Shown here piece after piece: positions 27,797-40,676 of a stretch of 64,000 nucleotides of DNA. A program made the position numbers and the translations under genes. The number at the start of each line of letters is the position of its first letter. The stretch's first letter is position 1. Source of the DNA: Vicugna vicugna (lineage: Eukaryota); assembly GCA_013265495.1 (NCBI GenBank), contig MU061560.1, forward strand, positions 682,001 through 746,000. Reading direction: 5' to 3'. The notes under the pieces were generated by a model. It did not search any database. It saw only the letters and a program-made list of their open reading frames with translations, and was not told the origin of the DNA.

Positions 27797-28360
27797 TGTT
27801 ACAGATGTGGTTGCCCCCAGGATCATACCCCTGCCCCTCCCTAAAATAGAAACCAATTATTCTTCTCCAAGTCTCATAAAGAAGCTGAGAAAACAAAACC
27901 CAAGAACTGGTTAAAACCAACTGGACCCACGATGGCGGAGGAGCTGACTTCCAGTAGACCTTGAGCCTCATTATACACTCATTATAATGTATTAGCATGC
28001 TAAGTGACACGCCCACCAGCGCTATGACGGTTGACGGTGGTTGCCGTGACAACGGCTGGAAAAGCCCATACAAGCACTGGGAAAAAAGGTGACTGGCTCC
28101 AGCACACCTGGAATGAGGACAGGATGGCAGAAGTCCCCAGTAAAAGCCGACACGGCCTGCCCTGGAGCTGGAGCTCTCGACTGGCCATCTTGGCTGATAG
28201 CTCCCCGCCCGAAAGCTTTGTTTCCTCTTCCTATTTTGAGCAATAAAGCAGCCTGCCTTTCACTCTGTCCCTCTGTATCTGCTGATAATTCTTTCTCAGC
28301 CGGTGGGCAAGGACTCCCACCTTTGGTGGGCTTTCTGATTTGGGGATCTCTCTGTCTGCG
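27797..28360 (+). mobile_element. ERV solo LTR
   Basis: TGTTA start, AATAAA 28242-28247, shares motifs with 43744-44311; 3' boundary approximate. Confidence 0.65.
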
Positions 28361-31300
28361 AACGCTTTCAATTTACATTATACATAGAATTTTTAAATAT
28401 TAGGATGCTTTTAAAAACCTCTGGCAGAGACATTCTGGGGAATTTCTTTTTCTGTTCAAGACTCAACTCATAAACTAACTGATGCAGAAAGGCAAGCAAA
28501 TACAGGCCTCTTGATAAAATAAAAAAGTATTCTCCTGTTTCCTTTGCTGATTCTTACTCCTCCACATTACCCTTATTCATGTATTTTCTCTAACGATTAT
28601 TCCAGGGCTGGGCCCAAAGCAGACAGACGATATTTATGAACTGGTTGGTAAGAAGAAAGAATTTATCTGGCAAGCTGAAATGTCATATAATTTCTGTGAA
28701 GTACAATTTTTAATCTGGGCCCACCTGCTAAGGACACAAATAAGATGGTGGAAAATTTAGCCTGAAGAGTGGGGACCTTTGCAAGGGGGCTGCTTAATCT
28801 TTCCAATGAGACAAATACTCTTCAAAACACTGGGTTCAGGGAGACCAGAGAGGGCTGATGAGGTAGGCATGGCCATATTTGCCTTGTTTGATTGTTTGGT
28901 TTGCCTGCTTTAACAACTTAATTATTAATTGAGAGATTTTAAAAATAATGACCTAAAGCCCCTGAGGCTTAGTTTATAAAACAATAATGTTTTAAAATTA
29001 CTTACACCTTTTAAAATTACTTAAAGAGAAACTCACACAATAATTTAACTCATTAAGCCACATGTTTGTACATCTAAAGTAGTCAACCTATAAAATATGA
29101 TTATGACTGCTAGAGTAACATTGCTAGAAATATTGTCAATTTCATTATTTATGGACTTCATATTGGTTACATTTACACATCAAATGTAAAGAGTTTAAAC
29201 AACCAAATAACAGGCTAACGCTGATAATTCAACTGCCTTTGTATTTCTGGAAAAGTCACTCTCCATCCAGCCTGAACAACCTGGATACTTTTGCCAGCTT
29301 TCTGTCTCATTTAGACTGCCTCAGCTAACATTCTTCTAGTGTATGTTAAGTTATTTTCTAGAAGTAAATTACCACATTTAGATTATGGTTTAAAAAAATA
29401 AGTTCTGGCCTGCTTTTAAATCTATAGTCTAACAAAAAAGAGTACCAAATCCCATTTTATTTACTATTAAGTGAAATTAGAACCTCATTTAATTATTTAT
29501 AAATGATCCAATTCTTAATTATTTAAATAATTAAACAGTATTATGCAGAGAGACAGACTCCTTTTCTCTCAGGAGTATTCAGAATAAGGCATAACTGAGC
29601 AAAGATACACTGGATGAAAAACAAAATTAAGGAAATACAGATTCACTGAAGGTCTGAAGTATGATATCCCAAAATGCATAAAGAATTTTGGAACACAATG
29701 CTACGTTTCATTGTACAGGAGTAGATGGATATAATGGAATAAATTAAAAATTTACATGGAGGTACTATTTTTCTGGAAAGGAGATGGTACCGATGTTACA
29801 AAAAAACTTGCTGTTAACCCAGAGACTAACTGGGAAAAAGACCAGTAACCATAGCTTTTCTTTCTAAGGTACATGTTGCTTTCTCTGACCACTCCCCCCT
29901 CAGCTAGATTTACAGTGATAAGTGGCAATGGAAGTTTCTTTTAAGACAGTCCTAAATTTTAGTACAAATAACTACATTGTACATTCATCAAAACACATTC
30001 ACTGTAGCGCGACACACGTGGGGAAGAGCGGGTTTAAGTCATCTGCAGGAGAAACGCAGTGCCAGTTGCTTCTCCTCTTTAACTAGCATACAATAAAATT
30101 AAGAAAAAGGCGTATGTTTCATAATGTGCTACAGTCAGTCATGTTCTGTCATTTTGTCCTATTATCCTAAACAAAATGGCAAATTCTGGGCTGGCCTTTA
30201 CCATGCAGAAACCGTTGCTAATCAGATTGTGGTGATAAGATTAAGGCAGCAATTTTATAAGCCTTTCTCATAAGTAAATGGTTAAATAATAGGAGTTTCG
30301 GAAAACAACTTTTCAGGGCTTTGTGAATTTGTATTTTTAATATGACTATATTGAAAAATGATAAACTAGTGAGAGATTGATGGGCTTTTAAAGACTGAAG
30401 GGGTCTGTTCACACACCTATTCACCCTTTGCCAGCTCCCTAAGTGTGACTCCAGTCAACGCTTTTCCCCACCTCCCAGGAAACATCGGGTAAGCAACTCA
30501 ATGCTTCCGGAATCATCTTTTCAAACCCATCAAACGGACTGTGATTATCTCTGCCGGCGCCTTCCCCCCACTGACCCCGGAGCTTCTCCAGAGCAAAGAC
30601 AGGTCCCACGCCCCTTAGAAATTTCAGAAATTTAAACAGAGCTTTGGATTCAGCAGGCACTCGAGGACTGGAAAGGGCTGGATAAGACCAAGAGGGAAGA
30701 CAGACCAAGTGGTGAGACCCCAGGGAGGCTGGATGAGTCGCTTTTCTCAAATTTCTGATAACGGTTTCTACCATCGCCCAAGAGTCACTAGCACTTAACT
30801 TCTTCAGCTGAAGGATGAGGCTGCGAACAGAGGCTGCCTCAGAAGTGTCTGCTTGGCCTGCAGTGTCTTCCAGAATTTTGAATGGCCACAGCTTCTGGGG
30901 CAAGCATTTTTACCCATTCTCTCATCTGACAGCCCCGACCATTCCCAGTGGCCTCACCCCTGTCCACTTAAGCTGACCTCTAAGTTGTTTCCACCTCATC
31001 TCCTTTAAGAGAGCAAGGAAGACTGAGGGGAGTGGAGGGAAGAAAGGAAAGAGGGAAGGAAAGAGGAGGAAAAAAATCATGAGGATATGGAGGAATGGAG
31101 GAACAGTGATCAATCTTTGGCTGAAATTTTGGACATACACCCTGATAATAACCACTGGTTTCATGTCACATCCAAGGGTTTCCAAAAGCTTGGTGATCAG
31201 TGAGGTGGAACATACAGATTCAACAGCCACGTCACACCAATTCCCAGTGAGTTTCCCACACGAAGGAGAAGAGCAGGGGCTCATAACAAGTGTGTATACG

Positions 31301-31662
31301 AGGGCTGCACAACCAGAGGGCAGCTAGAGCTTTTTGGTAATGTACGATTCTATGTCACATAAATCTTTTGGAGTCTGAAATATTTGGGAGAGTATCCTAC
31401 TAATTACAATGAGCTATTTTAACTGTTACGTTGCCTGCCCTCAGTAAATGAAAATAATTTGGAAAAAAGAATAGGGGATTTTAGCAGGTTTTCTCCACAC
31501 ACACACAAAAGGGAGGGGGTGGGGAAGGCTGAAACTTCACAATCCCTTCCAAGGAAACAAAGGAACTATTTCTTCTTTGGAAAGGGATGTATAAGGAGAA
31601 ATACGACTTTTTACCCTAATTATCCACATCCTGATGTTAATCAACTAATGGAAGTTCAGAGC

Positions 31663-31856
31663 CAGTGGTGTGCTGATTTGACAACCAGCTTTCTGGGGAC
31701 GGGGGAGTCGGGAGGGCTCAGGTTTGTAGCGTTTGCCAATTTCTGTGGTGTAAATACTCCCATCATGGCTGACTTGAAGCTACCAACATGATGTCACTGC
31801 CCGTGGAGGTACGAAGAGAACGTGACAGCTGCTCTTGCTGGCTCTAGCACAAACTG
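31663..31856 (+). mobile_element. MER63A-like hAT DNA transposon
   Basis: Terminal inverted repeats cagtggtgtgct / agcacaaactg; core tttgtagcgtttgccaatttctgtggtgtaaatactccc. Confidence 0.8.
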
Positions 31857-33499
31857 TGTACCAATTTATTTTTCCTCTCCTTGGCTTTTATTATTCATTA
31901 TGAACTGGAGTTCACTGTCACAAGTCTGTTAATGAAGCCAACATTTTACCTGTAGGGATGTACCCTGTACCACTGCTGATTAAAGACGGGGGAAGTCCCT
32001 CTCAGACCTGATCTCACTGTCAAATCAGTCAAGGGACAAAGTCACTGGTGTATGTAGAAGTTTTACTCCGAAGTAGATGGAAGGAATTTAGCTACACTAA
32101 CCCAAGTCAACCACAACGCCAAAAATACCTGTCATGTTGCCAATTCATTGCCAGCTCTACACCCAGTGGGGGGGGGGGACAATACCTCCAGAGAACTTGC
32201 AGCGATGAAGAAAGATACTTGCTAACTTGATGACTTTTAATGCAGTTCAGAGCCACTCTTATTAGAACTAGTCAACACCTGTCTTAAAATTCTTTTTGAG
32301 TAACCAGGAGTCATAAATCAGCAGCTCTTCACAAGAGAGCTCGAATGTCATGGAAATTGAGACTATCTGATTGCAGGTTCTCTGTAGGTTTTTTGCATTC
32401 CGACTCACATCTTACTGACCACGAAGTAGGAAACTCATGTGACATCTACCCTGGAGATGTCTGCGAAGCACCCCCTTCCTTGAAGAGACCTCCCATCTCA
32501 TGGGCTTTGTATCTTCTCTGTTTTTATGAAGTGCAGTGCAGAGTTCCACTTACACAGAACTCACTAAAAACAACAACAACAAAAAAACCAGAAAAAACAC
32601 TGACACCCAGATACAATGCCCATGATGAGACCTGAACACGGCTGTAAATTGCCTTCCTTGACCCCGTGAGGCTGTGAGAGGTGAAGGGCAGAGGCTTTGC
32701 CACAACAGCCTGTAGACATGTGACTAATATTAACGTATCAGCGTGCCGATGAAGAGCTTTGGCTTTGGAGACAGGCTCCTGATATTAGAATTCTAGCTTT
32801 GTCTCTTACTAGCTGTGTGATGTTGAGAAATCGCTTCACCTCTCTGAGCCCCCGTTTCCTTATCTCTACACTGGGAAAGTCTACTTTATAGGAGTCGCTG
32901 TGAGAGCACACTCCCTCTGCCGTGTTTCTTCCCTGCTGTCTCCTCTTGGCACCTGGCAGCCCGGGGAAGAAGGCAGCGAGAGGAAATCCCCACAATGCAT
33001 TCTGAATGGTTTGCAGAGCATACAACACGATAAATGTTGGCTATTATTATAACTTAGATACACAGATGGAATGAGAACAGACATTTCAGTAAGCAAATAC
33101 TATGATGCTCAATTTCCCAGATTTTCTTTTGCTATATTCTGCTCCTGAAAGAAGTTTAAGTAGAATTTTTTTTAAAAACCTTTTAATGTTTGGAGTCTGT
33201 GAAGCCAAACTTCCCATTATAGGCAAATGCTTTGAAGATGCATTGTAAATGCCCATTTTTGTAAGTTAATCATGGTTATCTTGGGAGAAGAACAGTTTGT
33301 TCTTTGAAGACAAAAATAAAGGTGTCTTTGGTTAACTAGCATTTTATATTCATTATGCTGCAATAATTAAAAAAAAAAAGAAAAGGAAGGAATAAAAATT
33401 AACTCTTTAACATTACTTTTGAGGCCCTCACAGTCTGGCCCTAGCTTAAGTCTGCAACTTCTGTTTGATTACTTTCCATCACAAATTAGATACCTTGCC

Positions 33500-33622
33500 T
33501 TGGAAAAGTATGCCACAATGAATACATGTGTGTTCATGTATGACTGAAAATTGTGCTCTACATTGGCAATTGACACAACATTGTGAACTGACTATAACTC
33601 AATAAAATAAAATTTAAAAAAA
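33500..33622 (+). mobile_element. Very short L1 3' end
   Basis: tgttcatgtatgactgaaaattgtgc...actgactataactcaataaa; flanks gataccttgcc / gatgccttgcc. Confidence 0.8.
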
Positions 33623-33684
33623 GATTTGATGCCTTGCCAGACTTGACTATCCACCTAACTTATCATGGACTTTCGCTTGCCCAC

Positions 33685-34200
33685 TCATTCATTCATTCAT
33701 TTCACTCAAATACTTTACATTTGCTAACTATATCCCAGAAACTTTGCTAGGTGCTAGGAATTAGAGATTTAAAAATACATAGGCTTAGCTCTTAAAAAGT
33801 TCACAATTTAGTAAAACAGGTATGTAAATAACTCATCATAAAAGCAATAATGTGACACCAAATCTGTACGGAGGAGGCGTACTTACAGAGGCCTGTGTGA
33901 ATTCTTAAAAACAAGTAATGGCTCCTGCCTGGGGAGGCAGAAAAATGTTCTACAGAAAAGGTGGACTTTATCTTTGGTGTGAAATGATTAGGAGATTAAG
34001 TCATTCAATAGGCAGATGACAGAAAATGTTCATCAGGCAATAAAACAGAATAACGTCTTGAGTATATGAAACACCTTGACTAGGCCACCTAGGCAAGTTA
34101 AGCACTTTGGTGGGTATGAAGTATGTTTGCGGGAAAACGGGAAATAAGGTTGTGAGGAAGGTTGTGGAGAGACTTGAAAGGTTGTACGCGCTGGCACTGA
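33685..34200 (-). mobile_element. L2 fragment
   Basis: (ttca)n tail then ctttgctaggtgctaggaattagag. Confidence 0.6.
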
Positions 34201-34537
34201 GCAAGGTGTCTCCTGTTTCTGTTCTGTTTGCCCAGCCAGTGTTCCCCTCCCTCTTGTTATTTTAACAGACTTTGCTGCCATCCTTGCCGTGAAGCAAGGA
34301 TCTGATGCAGGTCTGGCCCATCCCGGGGGCAGGGGCTCAAAGGATGTGCCTCTCAGAAGCACGGCCGGGCTTCAACCTTCCCTGAGACCGACGAGCAAGC
34401 GGCGAGCCTTTTCTGCGGGGCGGCTGAGCAAGGGCCGCCCGCGAGGCCGGGGCCTGCTCCGTGCGGGAGGCCTGCTGGCGCTGGGAGCGAGCGAGCCCCA
34501 CGTACAAAAGATAGCGAGGAGGCAGAGACGAGACGTA

Positions 34538-34879
34538 CAGGTGCACCTCGACCTCTCGTGCTGTGCTTTATTGAGCTTCGCAGATATTGCATTTCTTTCT
34601 TTCTTTTTTTTTTTTAACAAACTGAAGGTTTGTGGCAACCCTGTGTTGTTAGGTGATGGTTAGCGTTTTTCAGCAACAACGTTATTTTTTAACGTATGTA
34701 TGTATGTTGACTTTGAGAGACTCAGTGCCAACGCACACATAATGGACTACAACATAATGTAAACGTACTTTTATGTGCACTGGGAAACCAAAAAAAATTG
34801 TGTGACTTGCTTTGCTGCAATAATTCCTTTTATCGCAGCAGTCTGGAACCAAACCCGCATTATCTCCGAGGTACGTCTG
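34538..34879 (-). mobile_element. Internally deleted Tigger1 DNA transposon
   Basis: TA on both sides; ends caggtgcacctc / gaggtacgtctg; body matches recalled Tigger1 termini (gtctggaaccaaacccgcattatctccgagg). Confidence 0.85.
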
Positions 34880-35358
34880 TAAACAGAGAGTCCAGGTCCC
34901 AGGGACACTGAATTTCTGTCCCCGTCCTCGAGGCCATGGTTCCTGGTGCACTTCTTTCATTGCCACAAGGGACGGTCAACATCTCAGCCACAGGACCCTT
35001 AAGGGAGTCTGAGTTGTGTTTCTGCCATTTTCAACGGAAGGAGCCCTGACAGAACTATCTGCCACGTTAATACATTACTCTGTTGCACCTGGTAAGGCAA
35101 TGGGGGCTACAGAAAAATTTTGAGAGGCAAAGTGTTTTTAAATGGATCAGCATGTTTTTATGAATCAAAAATATGTTAGAAAAGCAGTTCCAATGGAATG
35201 GACAGAAGACACATTTCAAGGGAGACTGTTTGGAGATCTAGTCTGAGTACTGCCATTGTCCAAGCAAGGCCCAGCTCATCTGGCACCTCTGGTCCCACTT
35301 AGCTGTCACGAACAGTCCTTCGTTCTGCATTCCTGCAGCAATTTACTGGTACCTCGGA

Positions 35359-35512
35359 CACGTGGTCCTCAAACTTCAGCAGCCACCAGTCACCTAGAGG
35401 GCTTGTTAAACCTGGATTGCTGGGCTCCACCCTGAGAGTTTCTGATTTAGTAGGTCTGGGGTGAAATTCGAGAATTCTAACAAGTTCAGGGGCCATGCTT
35501 TGAGAACCACTA
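35359..35512. mobile_element. MER5A hAT-Charlie element
   Basis: gtggtcctcaaactt...ctttgagaaccact inverted ends; gattgctgggctccacc core. Confidence 0.8.
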
Positions 35513-36502
35513 ACACGTTTCATTGTATCCTTGTTTGTCTGCTCATCTGCATCCCCTGCTAGATGCAAGGTTCCTTAAGAATTCTCTTATTTCCAGCTTT
35601 GTAAAACTCTTAGCGGCTAGCCTAACGCTTTATAAAACATTGGCATTTCATATGCATTTCTGTGGAGATAAGACAAACATCTTACCATAATAAATTATCA
35701 GTTATCATCCAAACAGATTCCCTCAAAAAGTAAGACTAGAGATTGTAATGAGTGCAACTAGAGAAATGATCAAAAGGCAGAATATATTCCGGACTTCTTT
35801 CGGGCTGCCTAATTTTGATTACACATCTATCTGGTTTCTTTCAATCCCTGGACATAAAGGACATGATTATTTTTAAATACACGTAAGAAAGCTTGATATG
35901 CATGATCCTAGAGAAGCTAAGACTAGCATTTCTTCCTTGCTTCTATTTCCTCTTGGTTTAGCTGGCATCTGATAGCCCAGGGAAGAAAACATTTCAAGCA
36001 TTTTTCATCCCAATATTTAGAAACGCTGATCAAACTAACCTCTTCTGTAGCTGTTCCTGTGGAAAGACAATCTGTCTGTTTAGGATTTGCTGCCTATTTA
36101 AAAACACCAGGTTCAAAACTATCTTTTAACCTTGTCATTAAATGATATTTTTGTGAATTAAAAACCAGCATGGAACCTGGCTTAGGCCCTGTGAGACAGG
36201 GAAGGCCAGTCTGCATAGAATTGTAGGTGCTCGGATTGGCCTTCTGGTTTCTCTGGTGGAAATGACACACCCTCTCTCCCGAGCTGATGGGGGTAGCTTC
36301 TGGAATCAAACATGTCTCGGAAAAATACTCTGTAGCTATTTGACCTTTCTCACTGTCTCTGCTTTGTGCTTCTAGTGTTGAAGTGATCTTTACAATTCTC
36401 ACAGTATCGCCAGGTACTGGCGTGGCGTTTTAGACCGATCAGGATGCAGCCTGTAAGGTGTACAGAGTAAAGGCCGAGGGGCCTTGCTGCAGAGGGCCAT
36501 TA

Positions 36503-36748
<246 letters not shown>

Positions 36749-39724
36749 TTAGTTAAGGCTGTTACCCCGAGAGCTGCGGTGAGTTATAAAAGGGAAAAAC
36801 AAAACAAAGCAAAACAAGGTAGGGGGAGACAGCCCTTTTCCCAACAGAAGGAACCTGCATTAGATGGCCATGGAAACTGAGCCACACGAACCATTAAAAA
36901 TACACGTGTACATACACATCCAGAGAGAGGGGAAGAAAAGAGAACTTACAATGTCAAACTACGCAGGTTTGAATTAATCAAGAGCGTGAACAAACGCCGG
37001 AAATCTTTATTGCTGTTTCTCTCAGAAGATCCTACCCCAAAGCTGACCTAATTCCAGGCTCACCAACAGGAAAGCTTGAAATGACCCTACTGTAACTAAA
37101 ACTGTAAGAATCATGTTTTTTTCTCCCTCAGATACACGGAGAGAACATCTCAGCCCGCCTCTGGCTTCCCAGCTCCTGCAACTCCCCCCTGACATCTGCC
37201 TTCCAGTAGGAGCAGGGAGGGCCCGCAGACAGCCTTTGCCTCTGCCCGTCAGCAACAGGCTGATCAACATCACGATTAGTATTTATGAACGCCTCCTACC
37301 GAATGACAGACGTTATGGTCCTCCCACAGTTCACACTGGTGCTTCCCCGTCTATTATTTACTAGTTTGGCAGAGAAGGAGAGACCAGAGCATTTTACCTG
37401 CCAAGCTGCGTGGCCTAAGCACTGCTCTAAGACTCGTATCACTTCCCTCTTCCTCCTGAATACCCCCCGCCCTCCACTGGGAGAGAAAGGCCGCGTAAGC
37501 CAACTCGGGGAGAAATTAAGAAGACAGAACACTGTCCCCTCCAGGGCACTGGTGGGACAGAGACCGGAAGGACTTTACAGCTATTGGTTGCTACTCCAGT
37601 GACTCCCAGCAGGTGTCAAGTTGCTTTGCAGGTCATTCATTCTCCAGTTATTTACTCTAACTATTGTCCAGGAAAGGAGAATGAGAGAGGGGACAGAAAG
37701 AGAAGGGAGCTTCATCCTCTGTGCACACCCCCACTGCCCATCAGTAATTCCTTCCTCTTAAATTTACTGCCTTGTTGGCATGAAGGAAGAAGGAAGCGCA
37801 GACATACAGGACAGCCCACTTTATGAAGAAAGCAAATATGGCGGTCGTGGCTGAAATACGTGATGGTATCACCCTCCTGACTTGAATGGCTGAAATAATG
37901 GTTCTGTATGATTGAAACTTGGTAATTATTCAACCAGACTTGTATTTGGCCCATCAGTGAGAACATTCTAGGCCTAATGCAGCATTTTGGGCTTAAGCAG
38001 TTTACTGTGGCCGTGTCCAAGTAACTCATTTTTAAAATAACCAAATTTCAACTGCAGCCTAGACCTAGCTTTGATGAGAGAAGAGCAATGCTGGCTCTAG
38101 TGTCTTGTGAGGACTAGAATTCTGGTTTTGGGGGGGAGGTCTTTTCCTGACCAAACTGGCATTTGGGGTTAGTCGTGAGCAATGTCTCAGCCACAGGTTT
38201 TGCAACACAATGACCTCATTAGTCCCACCTCCGGGGAAGAGGCCCCAGAAGGGGGAGAGGCGGAATAAAACTCCAAAACACGCCCAAGGTGGCTGAAAGC
38301 AATTTAAAGGCAGGTCTCAGGATGAGTTTTGGTTACTAAGCTACAAAAGAAAACCAAAAAGAAAATAGAGAAAAGGGGGGAAAAAAGCTTCCTGTTCTAA
38401 ATAAGCAAACAAATTCACAGTCTCTGCCTGCCAGAGGCTTAACAATGTGAGGCACAATGACATTTTCTCCTTTTAAAAAGGACCACACAGAGCACTCAAA
38501 GGCAAAGTACACCTTACAATAAAAACCAGAGAGGATTAATTTGAACAAAGGGACTGGAATTTCCCTTCAATAGTCAATGTCTTTTGTAGCCTGGCAAGCT
38601 CTCCCGTTTCTATAGAGGTATAGGGTTTGGGGGGTTTTAGTATAGTTTTTGCATTTTTACTGTAGGATCTTGTATAGAAATGTCACACCTGCCAAATTTC
38701 TGTATGGTACAAAGCTAGGAGTGAGCTTAAATGTTCCCTGGAGATTTGGCAGCACACGTACTTAGGCACACCTCCCTCACATCTACATACAAAATCAATA
38801 AATGACCAATTACAAATTGGGAAAATATGCATGCTAATATGAGACAAAGGGTTAATAGCCTTAATATACAGAGTTCTCAAAAATCATTAAAAAATTCAAC
38901 TACTAGTAAAAAACATTAACCCAAAGCTAAGAGTCTAATATACATAGGAATGCATGTTCTCCAGTAACTAAAGAAATGCAAATTTAACTGCTACTCATCA
39001 TTTTCTGTGTCTACAGGAGACAAAACCAGAACCAATGAGTGGTAATTCTAGGGAAGGAGATGCTGGCTCACTGAAAGAACAAACTTCTAGGACAGCGCTG
39101 AAGCAAACAGAAGAATCTGATTGTAAAAGATCCAGCACTATTGCTGGAGCCAATAAAAAAGTCTTCATAAAAAATCAAAATATCCCCAAACTGGAGTGTC
39201 AGACGGGACTAGCCGCTTCTCACTGAACTCAAATTTACTAAACCTGATGTCTCAGGATAGATTCCAGGAATTTGTAATTAAAAAAAAATGATTCCCATTT
39301 CTGGCACCAGGAAATAAGTGACCCTGAATGTATGTCCCTTTCAATGATTAGGTTCTATAGTCCCTGATATAATATTCACAGTTTGGGTTTTCATCTGTCT
39401 CACTCTTAACTTCTAGTCAATTTATTCATAGAGCCTAAATTTCTACTACTACAGTTCTTTGTTGTAGCTGTTCTATCTGTAATTTTCTATCACTAAGCTC
39501 TCATTCTAGTCAAAAAAAAACCCAGGAAACTGGACTCTGGTCAGGGATATACTTTGAATAATTAGCAATTACAAGAGAGATCATGATAACCGCATTCACT
39601 ATCCAGAAACTTATTGCCAATTGATATTTACAAGATATAGTTACCTAGTAAAGGGATCTTATAGATATTAAAACCCATGTTTTATTGACACTGCCCTCTT
39701 CTAGAACTGGAAATAGACTTATTT

Positions 39725-40676
39725 TGTTACCAAAGAATAGGTTCTTCTCTTGCACAGAAAAGAACTGAAGAGCAAGGCAAAAAAAAAAAAAAAAAGCCAA
39801 ATGAACTTGTATATAAAACAGAAACAGACTCACAGACATAGAATACACACTTGTGGTTGCCAGTGGGGAGGGGAGTGGGAAGGGATAAACCGGGAGTTTG
39901 AGATTCGCAGATACTGACAGGTAGATATAAAATAGACAAACAAGTTTAACTGTAGAGCACAGGGAAATACGTTCAATATCTTGTAGTAGCTCATGGTGAT
40001 AAAAAATGAAAACGAATATATGTTGTTATATATGTTGTTCATGTATGACTGAAGCATCGTGCTGTACACCAGACACTGACACAGCATTGTAAACTGACTA
40101 TACCTCAACTAAAAAAAAAAAAAAGAGCAAGGCATAGTAAAGCGAAAGCAAGTTTATTTAGAGAGATACATACTCCATGGACAGAGCTGGGTCTGTCTCA
40201 CTCAGAAGGGAGAGTGGCTTAGGAGATACAAATGCCATAGACAGAATGTGGGCCAGCTCAGAAGGTGAGAGGGAGAGAGGCCTAGAGGTGCGGGGTGTTT
40301 AGTTTAAAGTAAAAGTAGATACACACTCCACAGACAGAGTGGCGGGCCGTCTCAGAAGAAAGAGAGAGAGAAGAGCCACAAGGTGCAGAGTTGTCAGTTT
40401 TTATGCGCTCGGTAATTTCATATGCTAACGAGTGGGAGGGTTATTCCAACTACTTTGGGGAAGCAGTGGGGACTTCCAGGAACTGGGCTGCTGTCCACTT
40501 CTTTGACCTTCTACGGTCGGCCTGGGAACTTTCATGGCGCCTGTGGGGGGGCCATGGGCTCAAGGTCCACTGGAAGTCAAGTCTTCCGCCATCTTGGTCC
40601 TAACCTGTTCGCGCTGTCCTCAATGGCTGTGTCCTTCCTTCAGTGGATGGGCCCTGCCCTCTTCCTTCCGGTCTCA
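39725..40676 (-). mobile_element. ERV1-type solo LTR interrupted by an L1 fragment
   Basis: TG...CA termini; perfect 4-bp TSD attt (39721-39724, 40677-40680); minus-strand AATAAA 40158-40153; internal ~3-copy tandem motif. Confidence 0.8.
39780..40122 (+). mobile_element. Truncated L1 3' end nested in the LTR
   Basis: 12-bp TSD aagagcaaggca (39768-39779, 40123-40134); A-tail. Confidence 0.88.

Noticed and set aside
30439..30903. 154-aa minus-strand ORF in intron 7 as a cryptic PKP2 exon
   Set aside because: No armadillo similarity, and exons 7 and 8 already join in frame
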